Shown here: positions 17,400-26,948 of the stretch, piece after piece
How positions within the stretch are numbered: position 1 is the stretch's first letter
Layout of the letters: every line of letters starts with the position of its first letter
NCBI GenBank assembly: GCA_965203835.1
Contig: OZ241919.1
Coordinates: forward strand, 2,359,101-2,423,100
From: Dehalococcoidia bacterium
Lineage (GTDB): Bacteria > Chloroflexota > Dehalococcoidia > Lucifugimonadales > UBA3495
DNA: 64,000 bases
Direction: 5' to 3'
Position numbers and translations under genes: made by a program
The notes under the pieces: generated by a model
Told to the model about the DNA's origin: nothing
The model's input: the letters and a program-made list of their open reading frames with translations, nothing else
Databases searched by the model: none

Positions 17400-19913
17400 T
17401 TACAGCGTCCGGGGGCGGAAAATGCGCAGCAACAGGGCCAACCGGATTCGTATCCAAGCCTGGACCAACTGAAGCCGCTGGTCTGCATCCAATTCCTTGT
17501 TGCCGTAGACCCGGCGGACGTAGTGTCCGGTAATGACCGATACTTGGTCCCGGTACTCCGGGAGGGCCTCCTCCAAGCGCCGCTGGTACTGGTATGGCGT
17601 CTGGTGGGCCGCCGGACGTAGTGCCCCAAGGGTTGCCAGCAGGGCCATGCGGCGGAACGCCACCCTGGGATCTTCGGGCGCGACCATGAATCTCCGCCAC
17701 AACAGCACCAGAATTCCGGCAACTACCAGTACTGACGCCAACCCTATGGCTACCCACATGATGATGCCGGCCAACCGTGAGCTGAATGTGATAGGACCGA
17801 TGTTGCCAAACTGGTCCGGGTTGTTGGTCAACGCCGGATCGCACTCGCCAATGTCCTCCAGACACTCGTCTTCGTTATCATCATCGGGGATGAACAGGGT
17901 GGAGGTCTCCGCTTCCGCTTCCGGCGGTATGGCGGTTGGGATGGCCCGTCCCGGCGTCGCTTCATAGGGTATCCAGCCGTAATTGGGCATGTAGACTTCC
18001 AGCCACCCGTGGCTGTTGGAGTCCAGCACCACGTAAGTGTCCTGGTCTATCACCTTGTTGCCCGTGGTATAGCCGGTGACCATGCGTGCCGGGATGTCTA
18101 CCGACCGCAGCATGACGGTCATGGCAGACGCGAAATACTCGCTGTAACCCTTCTTCTGTTCGAACAGGAAGTGGTCCACTCCATCGGCGTCGAAGGGAGG
18201 CGGTTCCACCACCAGGGTGTAAGGGTACTCCGTGGTCAGGAATTTCTTGATGGCCTCGGCCTTGTCATAGGGCGTCTCGGCGTCGGCGCTGACGGAGGCG
18301 GCAAGGTCCCGTACCCGCTGCGGCACACTGTCGGGAAGTTGCAGGTACCGCTGGGTCACCCACGCGGGGTAATCGTCTCCGGCGGAACGCAACTGTGCGG
18401 GTGTGGCGTTGGAGACCAACGACGTAACCGTATAGGTTTCCCTGGCCTTGACTTCCTTCTCGCTGCGTACCGACAACACGTCGGGCTGGAGCGGGATCAC
18501 GTCGGCCACCGTCGCCTCATTGATCCGGCCTCCCTGGGACCTGGTCACGCCTACCAAGTGGAAGTTGCTGTCCAGCAAAGACGCCAGGGAGGAGAACTTT
18601 ATATCCGACCCGCGCTGGTGTACGGCTTGGTGCAGTTGCGTGGCCGCTTCCAGCACCGGCGGGGGCAAAAGATGCCTGGTCAGCGATTCAGTGAAGTCCA
18701 CTGAATAAATGGGAGACTCGTAGGTCTCTATCTCCACCGGCCGGTCGACGTCGATTACCTGGGTCCCGGCAAACAGGTTGTTCGACGCATACATGGGGGT
18801 GACGGAGTAGCTGACTTCAAACCGCCCGTCGTCGGGCTGGGGCGACGATATGGGCGGGGCCCATCCCACCGGTCTCATGACGGTGTCGTCGGACTTCCAG
18901 CCCTTGGGGGTGTAGGTGGCGTAGGTTCTTGCTTTCCAGTACATAGCCACCGGGGAGTCAACCCACAGGACCTGGGCTTGCGTGGGGTTGATCTCGCCCT
19001 GGAATGCCAGCACGTCCCCCCAGATTCTATATCCCAGCGGCTTGCGGGCGGGAAGACCGGCGAACAGCCGGTTGAAGTCGGCCTCGAAGCTCTTCAACGG
19101 GGTCCGCATGTATTCGTAAGCGTCGTTGGTGGGCCCGAATTTGCCGCCGGTCGGGATGACGAAGAATGCTATCACCATTACGATCATGGCGAGCAGGAAA
19201 GTATCGGAGATCGAAAGAACGCCCAAGTGTCCATCGTAAGCAACGTTCCTTTCGTCCCACTCCCGGCGCCGTCGCACCGACTGGACTCGCGCGATTAACA
19301 ACAACCCGGTGAACAGGTAGAAGAGCAGAAAGCGGCTTGCTTCCGGCGGCAGGTAGGTAAGGTTTGACAGCAGGCCCATGCCGCCCAGCACGAACACGCC
19401 CCAGAAGTTCCGATAACGGCAAAACAGCCAAGCCGCCAGAAAACCGGCCATCCAGGTAGCACACATTATGCCGAAAGCAAAGGGGACCGAGTCGATGTTG
19501 ATGGACCCGGTCTCGGCTGCTTCCCACCAGAGGGCCAGCCGGGTCCAGAGTTGCTCGGCGTTGGTGACCGCAACCTCCCGTGACTGGAAAGAGGTAATCT
19601 GCCAGACGGTGGCCAGCAACCCCAGAGCTACGCCAAAGGGCAACGCAAGCACACCCCACCCGGGCAGGCGGGCCAGCAGGATGCCCGCGGCCAGCGCCAT
19701 CAGCAGCAATCCTTTCAGGTCGGGCAGCGGCACCCAGTTAGCTTCCTCGACGGACCAGATGACCACCAACAAGTTCAATGCCAGGACGACGAGGGCCAGC
19801 CAGCCGTCGGAAGGCCGGAAGAACTGGACGACGGCAATCACCCCGTTCAAGGGGTTGGATGTAATGGGCCGCTCTCTGACTGCAACCGCTTCAACCAGCG
19901 CGTTGAAGTTCAT
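17400..19913 (-). CDS. Polytopic transglutaminase-like membrane protein (TgpA-like: DUF3488 + TGase core + DUF4129-like tail)
   Basis: Multiple N-terminal TM helices. The TGase core region is KKGYSEYFASAMTVMLRSVDIPARMVTGY...HGWLEVYMPNYGWIPYEATP. There is a C-terminal TM plus tail. ATGA overlap with the upstream DUF58 gene. Confidence 0.8.
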   Translation of the reverse strand: MNFNALVEAVAVRERPITSNPLNGVIAVVQFFRPSDGWLALVVLALNLLVVIWSVEEANWVPLPDLKGLLLMALAAGILLARLPGWGVLALPFGVALGLLATVWQITSFQSREVAVTNAEQLWTRLALWWEAAETGSINIDSVPFAFGIMCATWMAGFLAAWLFCRYRNFWGVFVLGGMGLLSNLTYLPPEASRFLLFYLFTGLLLIARVQSVRRRREWDERNVAYDGHLGVLSISDTFLLAMIVMVIAFFVIPTGGKFGPTNDAYEYMRTPLKSFEADFNRLFAGLPARKPLGYRIWGDVLAFQGEINPTQAQVLWVDSPVAMYWKARTYATYTPKGWKSDDTVMRPVGWAPPISSPQPDDGRFEVSYSVTPMYASNNLFAGTQVIDVDRPVEIETYESPIYSVDFTESLTRHLLPPPVLEAATQLHQAVHQRGSDIKFSSLASLLDSNFHLVGVTRSQGGRINEATVADVIPLQPDVLSVRSEKEVKARETYTVTSLVSNATPAQLRSAGDDYPAWVTQRYLQLPDSVPQRVRDLAASVSADAETPYDKAEAIKKFLTTEYPYTLVVEPPPFDADGVDHFLFEQKKGYSEYFASAMTVMLRSVDIPARMVTGYTTGNKVIDQDTYVVLDSNSHGWLEVYMPNYGWIPYEATPGRAIPTAIPPEAEAETSTLFIPDDDNEDECLEDIGECDPALTNNPDQFGNIGPITFSSRLAGIIMWVAIGLASVLVVAGILVLLWRRFMVAPEDPRVAFRRMALLATLGALRPAAHQTPYQYQRRLEEALPEYRDQVSVITGHYVRRVYGNKELDADQRLQLVQAWIRIRLALLLRIFRPRTL

Positions 19914-21181
19914 GCCACAGCCTCCACCGCCCCCGCCGGCGCCATTCCGCTTTCCAACCCTGCTTGGCGGTTGAGAGGTATCCGCAGCGCGTCGTTCAGC
20001 GATTGCCCTCTTTTGACCACGTAGGTCGCAACGTCGTTGTCGAAAAGGTAATCGACCAAGTATCTCTGTTCCCTGGACCCGCCGAAGCCCTGCGGGTCGA
20101 TCAGCACCACGGCAACATTGACCCCCTTGCGGCGCAGGTCGTTAAGGGCCGGCACCCACTCCGACCGGGTGGAAGGGGTTATCACGGTCAGGGTGTTGAT
20201 CCGGCTCAATTGGCCGCGCATGTCGTACAGGTATCGCTCCAGGGACATGGTGCCGTTGGCGCGCATCTGGGCAAGGGACTCGAACAACCTGCCTTGGTGC
20301 TCCGGGCTGCTGTCGGGCCGGAAAACATAGGTGTTGTCGCTGTTGGACGCCAAGCCCACCGGCATGGACGATTCCACCAACTGCGAAATCAGGGACGCCG
20401 CAATGGTCACGCCCAGTTCTTCGGTGTTGTCCGACTCGTCGTTGGGGGACGGGTGCGAGGTACGGTGCATGTCCAGCAACACCCAGGCTTCCGCCGATTG
20501 GCCCAGGTCGAATTCCTTCACCATGAGAGTGTTCATGCGGGCCGTGTAGGGCCAGTGAATGCGGCGAAAACTGTCTCCGTGGATATATTCCCTGACTGAG
20601 GAAACATCGGTGGTTATCTGGCTGACCGAGTGGCTCGTCCGGCTCTCGCTGGGCAGGTTGGCCAAGCGCAGGTCCATGTCCGGCAGCGGTTCGGTAGCGG
20701 GGAAGACTATGAAGGGCTCGGGATCCCCAAAGATGCGCCGGAACCGGAAAATCCCCAAGGGGTCCTGCCCGACTACCTCGACCTGCCCGACGTGGTAGAG
20801 ACCGCGCCTGCTCAGGTAGGTGTCTGTGCGCCAAGTGCGGGCTTGGTCTTTTACCATGGCAATGCCCCGGCCCGGAGTGTTACCCGGCAGATCGGTGAAT
20901 TCCGTTACCTCCAGCCAGGACTTGGGAAGGCGGTTGGTGTTGCGGATGGTGACGCGCCCTTCGAGATACTCGCCCACCTGTCCCCGGCTGGTGATGCGGC
21001 TCAATTGGACGTCGAGGCCCCGCAGATTAAGCAGCGCCCAGCCAATGCCTATAACGCCCATCAATATGAGCGTGTAAAGGAACTGGTAGAAGAACTGAAA
21101 GCCGGTGCCTATGGTATAAAACCCGATGACGAGGAACAGCACGAAGACGCCGGCAGTCCTTTTGGTCAAGAACCTTTTCAT
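19910..21181 (-). CDS. DUF58 domain protein (MoxR-associated, vWA-like)
   Basis: VREYIHGDSFRRIHWPYTARMNTLMVKEFD is the DUF58 hallmark, with two N-terminal TM helices. The start is moved to MKRFLTKR (21181) to avoid overlap with moxR. Confidence 0.8.
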   Translation of the reverse strand: MKRFLTKRTAGVFVLFLVIGFYTIGTGFQFFYQFLYTLILMGVIGIGWALLNLRGLDVQLSRITSRGQVGEYLEGRVTIRNTNRLPKSWLEVTEFTDLPGNTPGRGIAMVKDQARTWRTDTYLSRRGLYHVGQVEVVGQDPLGIFRFRRIFGDPEPFIVFPATEPLPDMDLRLANLPSESRTSHSVSQITTDVSSVREYIHGDSFRRIHWPYTARMNTLMVKEFDLGQSAEAWVLLDMHRTSHPSPNDESDNTEELGVTIAASLISQLVESSMPVGLASNSDNTYVFRPDSSPEHQGRLFESLAQMRANGTMSLERYLYDMRGQLSRINTLTVITPSTRSEWVPALNDLRRKGVNVAVVLIDPQGFGGSREQRYLVDYLFDNDVATYVVKRGQSLNDALRIPLNRQAGLESGMAPAGAVEAVA

Positions 21182-21194
21182 TGTTCGGCTCCAG

Positions 21195-22154
21195 CTAAGC
21201 CGCCCGGGTTGCTCCGGGTACGGCCACCGAGTTGAGCAGGTCGGTGACCAGATCGGCACTGCGGATCCCCCGCATTCTCGCCGAGGGAGCCAGGATTATC
21301 CGGTGGGCGGTCACCGCCGGGGCCAGGGCCTTGATGTCGTCCGGTATCACGTAGTCGCGGTCCAGGACCAGCGCCAGCGCCCTGGAAGCGCGGAACAGCC
21401 CCAGAGAGGCGCGCGGAGAAGCGCCAAGTGCCACGTCCCGGTGGTCACGGGTCGATTCGGTCAGGGTTACGATGTATTCGCGCACCGCCCTGTCTACGTA
21501 CACCTCTTTGGCCGCTTCCTGAAGTTGAATTATTTCGGCGGGGCTGGTCACCGCCGTGAGGCTCTCGATCGGGTGGACCTGTTCCTGCTGCCCGATGACC
21601 GATAGTTCCTCCTCGAAATCCGGGTATCCGAGGCTGATCCTCATCAGGAACCTGTCCAACTGGGCTTCCGGCAGGGGGAAGGTGCCTTCGTATTCGATGG
21701 GGTTCTGGGTGGCCATTACGATGAAGGGGTGTTGCAATTGGTGAGTAACGCCGTCTACTGTGACCTGCAACTCCTCCATCGCTTCCAGAAGCGCCGACTG
21801 AGTCTTGGGAGTTGCCCGGTTTATCTCGTCGGCCAGCACCACCTCGGCCATGATCGGCCCCGGGCGGAACTGGAACTCGCCGCTGGACTGGTTGTAGACG
21901 GAGATGCCGGCCACGTCGCTCGGCAGCAGGTCGGGAGTGAACTGAATGCGCTTGAAATCGCAGCCAATGGACACGGAAAGGCTTTTCGCCAGCATGGTCT
22001 TGCCCACGCCCGGCACATCTTCCACCAGGATGTGGCCCTGGGCGATCAGGGCCGCTAGGGCGTGCTCGATGACCTCGGTTTTGCCCACGATCACCTTGGA
22101 TACATTGTCTACAATATCCCGCGCAATCCGGCTTGGGGACGTGTGGTTGGTCAA
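21195..22154 (-). CDS. MoxR-family AAA+ ATPase
   Basis: Walker A EDVPGVGKT, Walker B LADEINR, and ATQNPIEYEGTFPLPEAQLDRF. Confidence 0.9.
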   Translation of the reverse strand: MTNHTSPSRIARDIVDNVSKVIVGKTEVIEHALAALIAQGHILVEDVPGVGKTMLAKSLSVSIGCDFKRIQFTPDLLPSDVAGISVYNQSSGEFQFRPGPIMAEVVLADEINRATPKTQSALLEAMEELQVTVDGVTHQLQHPFIVMATQNPIEYEGTFPLPEAQLDRFLMRISLGYPDFEEELSVIGQQEQVHPIESLTAVTSPAEIIQLQEAAKEVYVDRAVREYIVTLTESTRDHRDVALGASPRASLGLFRASRALALVLDRDYVIPDDIKALAPAVTAHRIILAPSARMRGIRSADLVTDLLNSVAVPGATRAA

Positions 22155-22402
22155 CTAAGACCTCCTGATTTCGCCAACGCAACAGCCTGCAGGAATCGAC
22201 TTCTAAAAGTCGGAATGAGTTTACCACAGGAACATAACATCGGACACTGGCTTGGTCCGTGTCGGCGCCTGTTCCGACCGGGCCCGTGGCCGGTGGTGTA
22301 GACTGGTGAAACCGCTGTTTGCATCCAAACTGTTGGCGACTGTCGTAAGTTCTATTGTCATCGGATTCAGGAATATGACTTATTATCTTGGGGTAATGTG
22401 AA

Positions 22403-24001
22403 ATGAATTTTGGAAAACATCGTTTCTGGGCTGTTGTGTGCGCCAGCATACTCTTGCTGGGTGTGGCGTTTGCCGGTTGCGCCGGGGCCGCTCCGGAACC
22501 GGCGGCTACAACTCCCGCCGCAGTCCCGACCGAAACGCCAAAAGAGCTACCAGCGGCCACGTCGGCAACCGATAAGCTCTCGGCGGAATCTCCCGTGGTG
22601 ATTATGGCACCCACCCAAGACCCGGAACGGCAGAAAAAGTTGGATGCCGCCGCAGAGACGCCAACCAAGAGGCCTGAGACCGCCATGACGGGCAGCACCC
22701 CGGAGACCAAGCCGGAAACGCCCGCCGCCGCGCCGGAGAAGGACGCACCGAAAGCGCCTGAAACCGGAGCCAAGACGGAGGTGGAGGAAAAGCTTGCCGA
22801 TACTCCCCAAGCGGATGACTCCAAGGAGTCGGCCGCTACCCCCACTGCTACCGGGGAAGCCCAGCCCACCGATGTTCCCGACACCCCTGCACCCACCGAC
22901 GCCCCACAGCCGACGGAAAAGCCTACCTACGTCCCGGGGGTCATGGTTGGAAGCAAGGTAGGCAACGTGTCACCGGAGATCGACGGGATCGTGGCGTGGA
23001 TCAACTCCGAACCCCTTGCCATGGAAGAGTTGCGCGGCAAGGTCGTGCTTGTCGACTTCTGGACCTACACTTGCATCAACTGCATTCGCACAATGCCATT
23101 CCTGAAGCAGTGGCACTCCAGGTACCAGGACGACGGACTGGTGATCCTGGGCATCCACGCCCCGGAGTTCGAGTTCGAAAAAGACTTGGGCAACGTCACC
23201 AAGGCCGTCAATGACTACGGCATAGGATGGCCTGTGGCCTTGGACAACGACTTCATGACATGGAGGAACTACTCGAACCGCTTCTGGCCGGCCAAGTACC
23301 TCATCGATAAGGCAGGGGTCGTAAGATACAGGCACTTTGGCGAAGGCAAATACGCGGAGACCGAGGAAAAGATACGGGAACTGATAGAGGAAACGGGGGT
23401 AGACCTTTCCGGCGCCATTCATGAACTCCCGAAAGACCAGACCATAGACGCAGCGTTCCTCAACAACCGCGGGGCCTACGTTACTCGCGAGCTTTACGCC
23501 GGTTACGAACGGGGCTTTGGGGACCTGCACTTCGGTCAGGGCGGTTACGTGTCCCAAGTGGACTACTACCGGAACAGGGACCAGACAGCCGACTTCATGC
23601 TTCCCGAATTCTTGTTGCCCCACCAGATATATTTCAACGGCCCCTGGCATATCGGACCCGAACACGTCAGGCACGGACGAGCTTCCGAAGACTACGAGGA
23701 CTCGATTTCGCTGGTCTATTCGGCCCGCAGCGTCAACGTGGTGCTTACGTCGGAATCGGGAGAGCCGTACAAGGTCAGGGTGACGGCGGATGGCGAGTAC
23801 TTGACCGAGGACACCAAGGGGGCCGACGTTACAATCGGCGAGGGCGGCGAAAGCTACATACTGGTGACCGAGCCCAAAATGTACAATGTCGTGGAAAACC
23901 CGTCTTACGTCGACGGTGAGACCCTGGTGATGAGTTCCATGTCCCCGGACTTCGGACTATTCGCCTTCACCTTCGGCGTCTACCAGAAAGCCGCGTCGTG
24001 A
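22403..24001 (+). CDS. DipZ C-terminal-like thioredoxin-fold lipoprotein (CxxC redoxin + C-terminal beta domain)
   Basis: Signal plus lipobox-like LGVAFAGC, a roughly 170-aa Pro/Thr/Glu/Ala linker, then VVLVDFWTYTCINCIRTMP (CxxC). Confidence 0.75.
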   Translation: MNFGKHRFWAVVCASILLLGVAFAGCAGAAPEPAATTPAAVPTETPKELPAATSATDKLSAESPVVIMAPTQDPERQKKLDAAAETPTKRPETAMTGSTPETKPETPAAAPEKDAPKAPETGAKTEVEEKLADTPQADDSKESAATPTATGEAQPTDVPDTPAPTDAPQPTEKPTYVPGVMVGSKVGNVSPEIDGIVAWINSEPLAMEELRGKVVLVDFWTYTCINCIRTMPFLKQWHSRYQDDGLVILGIHAPEFEFEKDLGNVTKAVNDYGIGWPVALDNDFMTWRNYSNRFWPAKYLIDKAGVVRYRHFGEGKYAETEEKIRELIEETGVDLSGAIHELPKDQTIDAAFLNNRGAYVTRELYAGYERGFGDLHFGQGGYVSQVDYYRNRDQTADFMLPEFLLPHQIYFNGPWHIGPEHVRHGRASEDYEDSISLVYSARSVNVVLTSESGEPYKVRVTADGEYLTEDTKGADVTIGEGGESYILVTEPKMYNVVENPSYVDGETLVMSSMSPDFGLFAFTFGVYQKAAS

Positions 24002-24075
24002 GGGAGCTTCCACATCAGGATGACACCAGACAGGCCGTCATCAAACAGGATTCATAGAAGGAGCCCACAGTACCC

Positions 24076-25023
24076 ATGCGAGGACTGCGCTTCAGGAAAT
24101 TTTTCCGCCAGGGCATTATGGCATTGTCCGCCATGCTCCTGGTGCTGGTGATGGCCTGCGGCCCTGCGGCAGCGACCCCCGACGCTGCTCCGTCTCAGGC
24201 CTCCGCGAGTACTTCCGGGAACATGCCCGGGCTGGAGGCGATAGTCGCCACCAAGGTGTTGAACACAGGGAAGCAGCGGTTTGCGTTCCTGCTGACCACG
24301 CCTACCGGGATAGTCAACGTGCCTGAGGTGGAGGTTACGTCGGTGTACTTGGGCGACGGAGATGCTGCGCAGGAGACAAAGACGGCCAGGTTTTATGTAT
24401 GGCCCTACGGGGTTCGCGGTTCCTACGTTACCGAAATAAATTTCGACCGGCAGGGACCCTGGCGATTGGACATCAGCCTTGCCTATGAAGACCTGGCCGG
24501 AACCACGCAGGCGGCAGTACAGGTGCTCGAAGGAGGACCAGTTCCCGCTATCGGCTCGGTCCCTCCGCTGAGCCGAAACAAGACCTTGGAGATCGCGGGT
24601 TCTCTGGAAAAGTTGACCACCCACTTCACTCCCGATCCGGAGTTGTACCAGTTGACCATCGAAGAGGCGGCGCAAAACGGCCGCCCCACCCTGGTCGTTT
24701 TCGCCTCGCCAGCCTTCTGCACCAGCCCAACCTGCGGGCCGCAGACCGACGCCCTGTCGACGCTGAAGGACGCCAACCCGGACCGGGCCAACTTCATCCA
24801 CGTTGAGATATACGACAACCCCGACGAGATTCAGGGCGACCTAAGCAAAGCCAGGCTGTCGCAGCCGGTGTTGGACTGGGGGATAAGCGATATACCGGAC
24901 TGGTTCAACGAGTCCTGGACCTTCGTGTTGGACACCCAAGGCAGGGTGTCTCACAGGTACGAAGGGTTCGCCTCGGTGGAAGAGTTGCAGCAAGCCTTGG
25001 ACCAATTGCTGATGTCCGGCTGA
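24076..25023 (+). CDS. Thioredoxin-fold lipoprotein (CxxxxC)
   Basis: Signal peptide ending LVLVMAC. The C-terminal part has TLVVFASPAFCTSPTCGPQ, a redoxin-like motif. Confidence 0.6.
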   Translation: MRGLRFRKFFRQGIMALSAMLLVLVMACGPAAATPDAAPSQASASTSGNMPGLEAIVATKVLNTGKQRFAFLLTTPTGIVNVPEVEVTSVYLGDGDAAQETKTARFYVWPYGVRGSYVTEINFDRQGPWRLDISLAYEDLAGTTQAAVQVLEGGPVPAIGSVPPLSRNKTLEIAGSLEKLTTHFTPDPELYQLTIEEAAQNGRPTLVVFASPAFCTSPTCGPQTDALSTLKDANPDRANFIHVEIYDNPDEIQGDLSKARLSQPVLDWGISDIPDWFNESWTFVLDTQGRVSHRYEGFASVEELQQALDQLLMSG

Positions 25024-25030
25024 ATAGTGC

Positions 25031-25456
25031 TCAGGGAGTATCGCTCGGGCTGTCACTCGGCGGTTTATTGGGCTTTCCCTCTTGCGCGTCCCTGTAACCC
25101 GATTGGTAACCCTCTTCGCGCCCTCTCCTGAGTCCCTCCTGGATTCCCTCTTGGATTGCCTCTTCGCGTACTCTTTGAAGGATTCTTTCGGTACGCGCTC
25201 TGATCAAGTCGCCGATTGCCATAATCACATCCTTTGTTTGCAGTATGGCCCAAGCCAGAAAACCGGACGATACGAAACTTGCGCTAATGCCCAAGAGTAG
25301 GTTCCGCGCTGTTTCGTTGGGCATGGTGCTGCCGTAGATAAGCTCCAAGCGTATCATTACGATGGAGCCGACTATTCCGCCTGTCAGGGTCAGCAGTTGG
25401 AACCATATGCGGTCTTTCGGGTCTATTCCCCAAATTGTTTCTCTGGAATCGTACAT
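25031..25456 (-). CDS. Small membrane protein with charged C-terminal tail, unknown function
   Basis: 141 aa with two or three hydrophobic helices, then an EEAIQEGIQEGLRRGREEG repeat-like tail. Confidence 0.5.
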   Translation of the reverse strand: MYDSRETIWGIDPKDRIWFQLLTLTGGIVGSIVMIRLELIYGSTMPNETARNLLLGISASFVSSGFLAWAILQTKDVIMAIGDLIRARTERILQRVREEAIQEGIQEGLRRGREEGYQSGYRDAQEGKPNKPPSDSPSDTP

Positions 25457-25564
25457 AACTTGGTTCGTTCATTGTATCATCGGTCACAGTGAGGTCTGCT
25501 CCCTTGTTCGAGCACAGCCCTTGGAGTAGCATAGCGCCTGTAGATAGTTGGCCCAAAGGAATAA

Positions 25565-26068
25565 ATGCTCCTTATGCCCGACTCTGACACCCCAACCTTC
25601 CACACCTCAGAACTCGTCTTGAACGTCAACCGTGTTGACCGCCGTCTGGTGGCGGCGCACCACGCAACGTTGCTGGATGTGCTGCGGGAAGACCTGGACC
25701 TTACCGGGTCCAAGCGCGGGTGCGACCGCGGAGAGTGCGGCTCGTGCACCGTGCTGTTGTCCGGCAAGCCTGTGTACGCCTGCCAACTCCTGGCCGTCCA
25801 GGTTGGAGACCAGCCCGTGCTGACCATCGAAGGCTTGGCGTCGGGAGACGAGTTGCACCCGGTGCAGCAGGCCTTTCTGGACAACGACGGCGGCCAGTGC
25901 GGATTTTGCACCCCGGGGTTCGTCCTGGCGGCCAAGGCCCTGCTGGACGTCAACCCAACCCCCACCGAACAGGAAATCCGCGAGGCATTGTCGGGCAACC
26001 TGTGCCGCTGCAACGCTTACGGGCGGATTATTGAATCGGTGCGCGCCGCCGGCAAAACGCAACCATGA
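25565..26068 (+). CDS. (2Fe-2S)-binding small subunit of the XDH/CoxS family
   Basis: CDRGECGSCTV, CGFCTPGF and GNLCRCNAY cysteine motifs. Confidence 0.9.
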   Translation: MLLMPDSDTPTFHTSELVLNVNRVDRRLVAAHHATLLDVLREDLDLTGSKRGCDRGECGSCTVLLSGKPVYACQLLAVQVGDQPVLTIEGLASGDELHPVQQAFLDNDGGQCGFCTPGFVLAAKALLDVNPTPTEQEIREALSGNLCRCNAYGRIIESVRAAGKTQP

Positions 26069-26095
26069 TCCCATCCTCATCCAGCGAGGCCGGTT

Positions 26096-26827
26096 ATGAC
26101 CCCAAGACCCATGATCCCAAAGGCGGAAGCAGGGGAAATCATTCCATTTCCCGATGCGCCGCCTGAAGAGTTGACTGCCTTCTTTAGCATTAACTTCCCC
26201 GGCTATCCGCCTTCACTGGCCGAACATTTCGGCAACCCGGACACCACCATCATCCTCAGTGAAGTCGCTGCGGCCCTTATACCTACACGAAGCTATGAAG
26301 GGGTGTTATACCCCGACCTGCTTATCGCCTTCGGTGTCCATCCTGACCTCTGGGGCGCCCGCAATGGTTACCTCATTCCTGAACAGGGCAAGCCCCCGGA
26401 CTTTGTGATGGAAGTGGCCTCGGAAAGCACCGCCCGCCGTGATGAGACTTTGAAGCGGGAAGCCTACGCGGCTATGGGCGTTCCCGAGTACTGGCGGTTC
26501 GACCCTACCGGCGGGGGCCGGTATTCGACCCACTTGGCCGGCGACCGGTTGGTGGACGGCTTGTATGTGCCTATCACCATCCACAGGACTGACGATGAGC
26601 ATCTGTGGGGCCACAGCGACTCTCTGAACCTGGACCTGTGCTGGGAAGAGGGGGACCTGCGCTTTTGGGACCCGGTGGCCCGCCGCTACCTGCACACGTT
26701 CATGGAGGAGAGCGCCGCCCGCCGTGAGGCGGAAGCCCGCGCCGTAATGGCGGAAACCCGTGCTGACGAAGCCGAAGCGCGGGTCCGGTTGTTAGAAGAG
26801 GAACTTCGCCGCCGCCAAAATTCGTAG
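26096..26827 (+). CDS. Uma2 (DUF820) family endonuclease with C-terminal coiled coil
   Basis: YPDLLIAFGV...GKPPDFVMEVASESTARRDETLKREAYAAMGVPEYWRFDP is a PD-(D/E)xK-like core. The tail is Ala/Arg/Glu-rich. Confidence 0.8.
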   Translation: MTPRPMIPKAEAGEIIPFPDAPPEELTAFFSINFPGYPPSLAEHFGNPDTTIILSEVAAALIPTRSYEGVLYPDLLIAFGVHPDLWGARNGYLIPEQGKPPDFVMEVASESTARRDETLKREAYAAMGVPEYWRFDPTGGGRYSTHLAGDRLVDGLYVPITIHRTDDEHLWGHSDSLNLDLCWEEGDLRFWDPVARRYLHTFMEESAARREAEARAVMAETRADEAEARVRLLEEELRRRQNS

Positions 26828-26948
26828 GGCTTGAAGGTGTCTCTCCGCTCTTGTCACGAGCCGGTGGAGGCGGGTTGACGGGGAAGTAGCCCGCCCATAA
26901 ACTCGAATGTGCTAACCGTATCCGCCCTTGTCTAAGGAGGGTCCCGTC

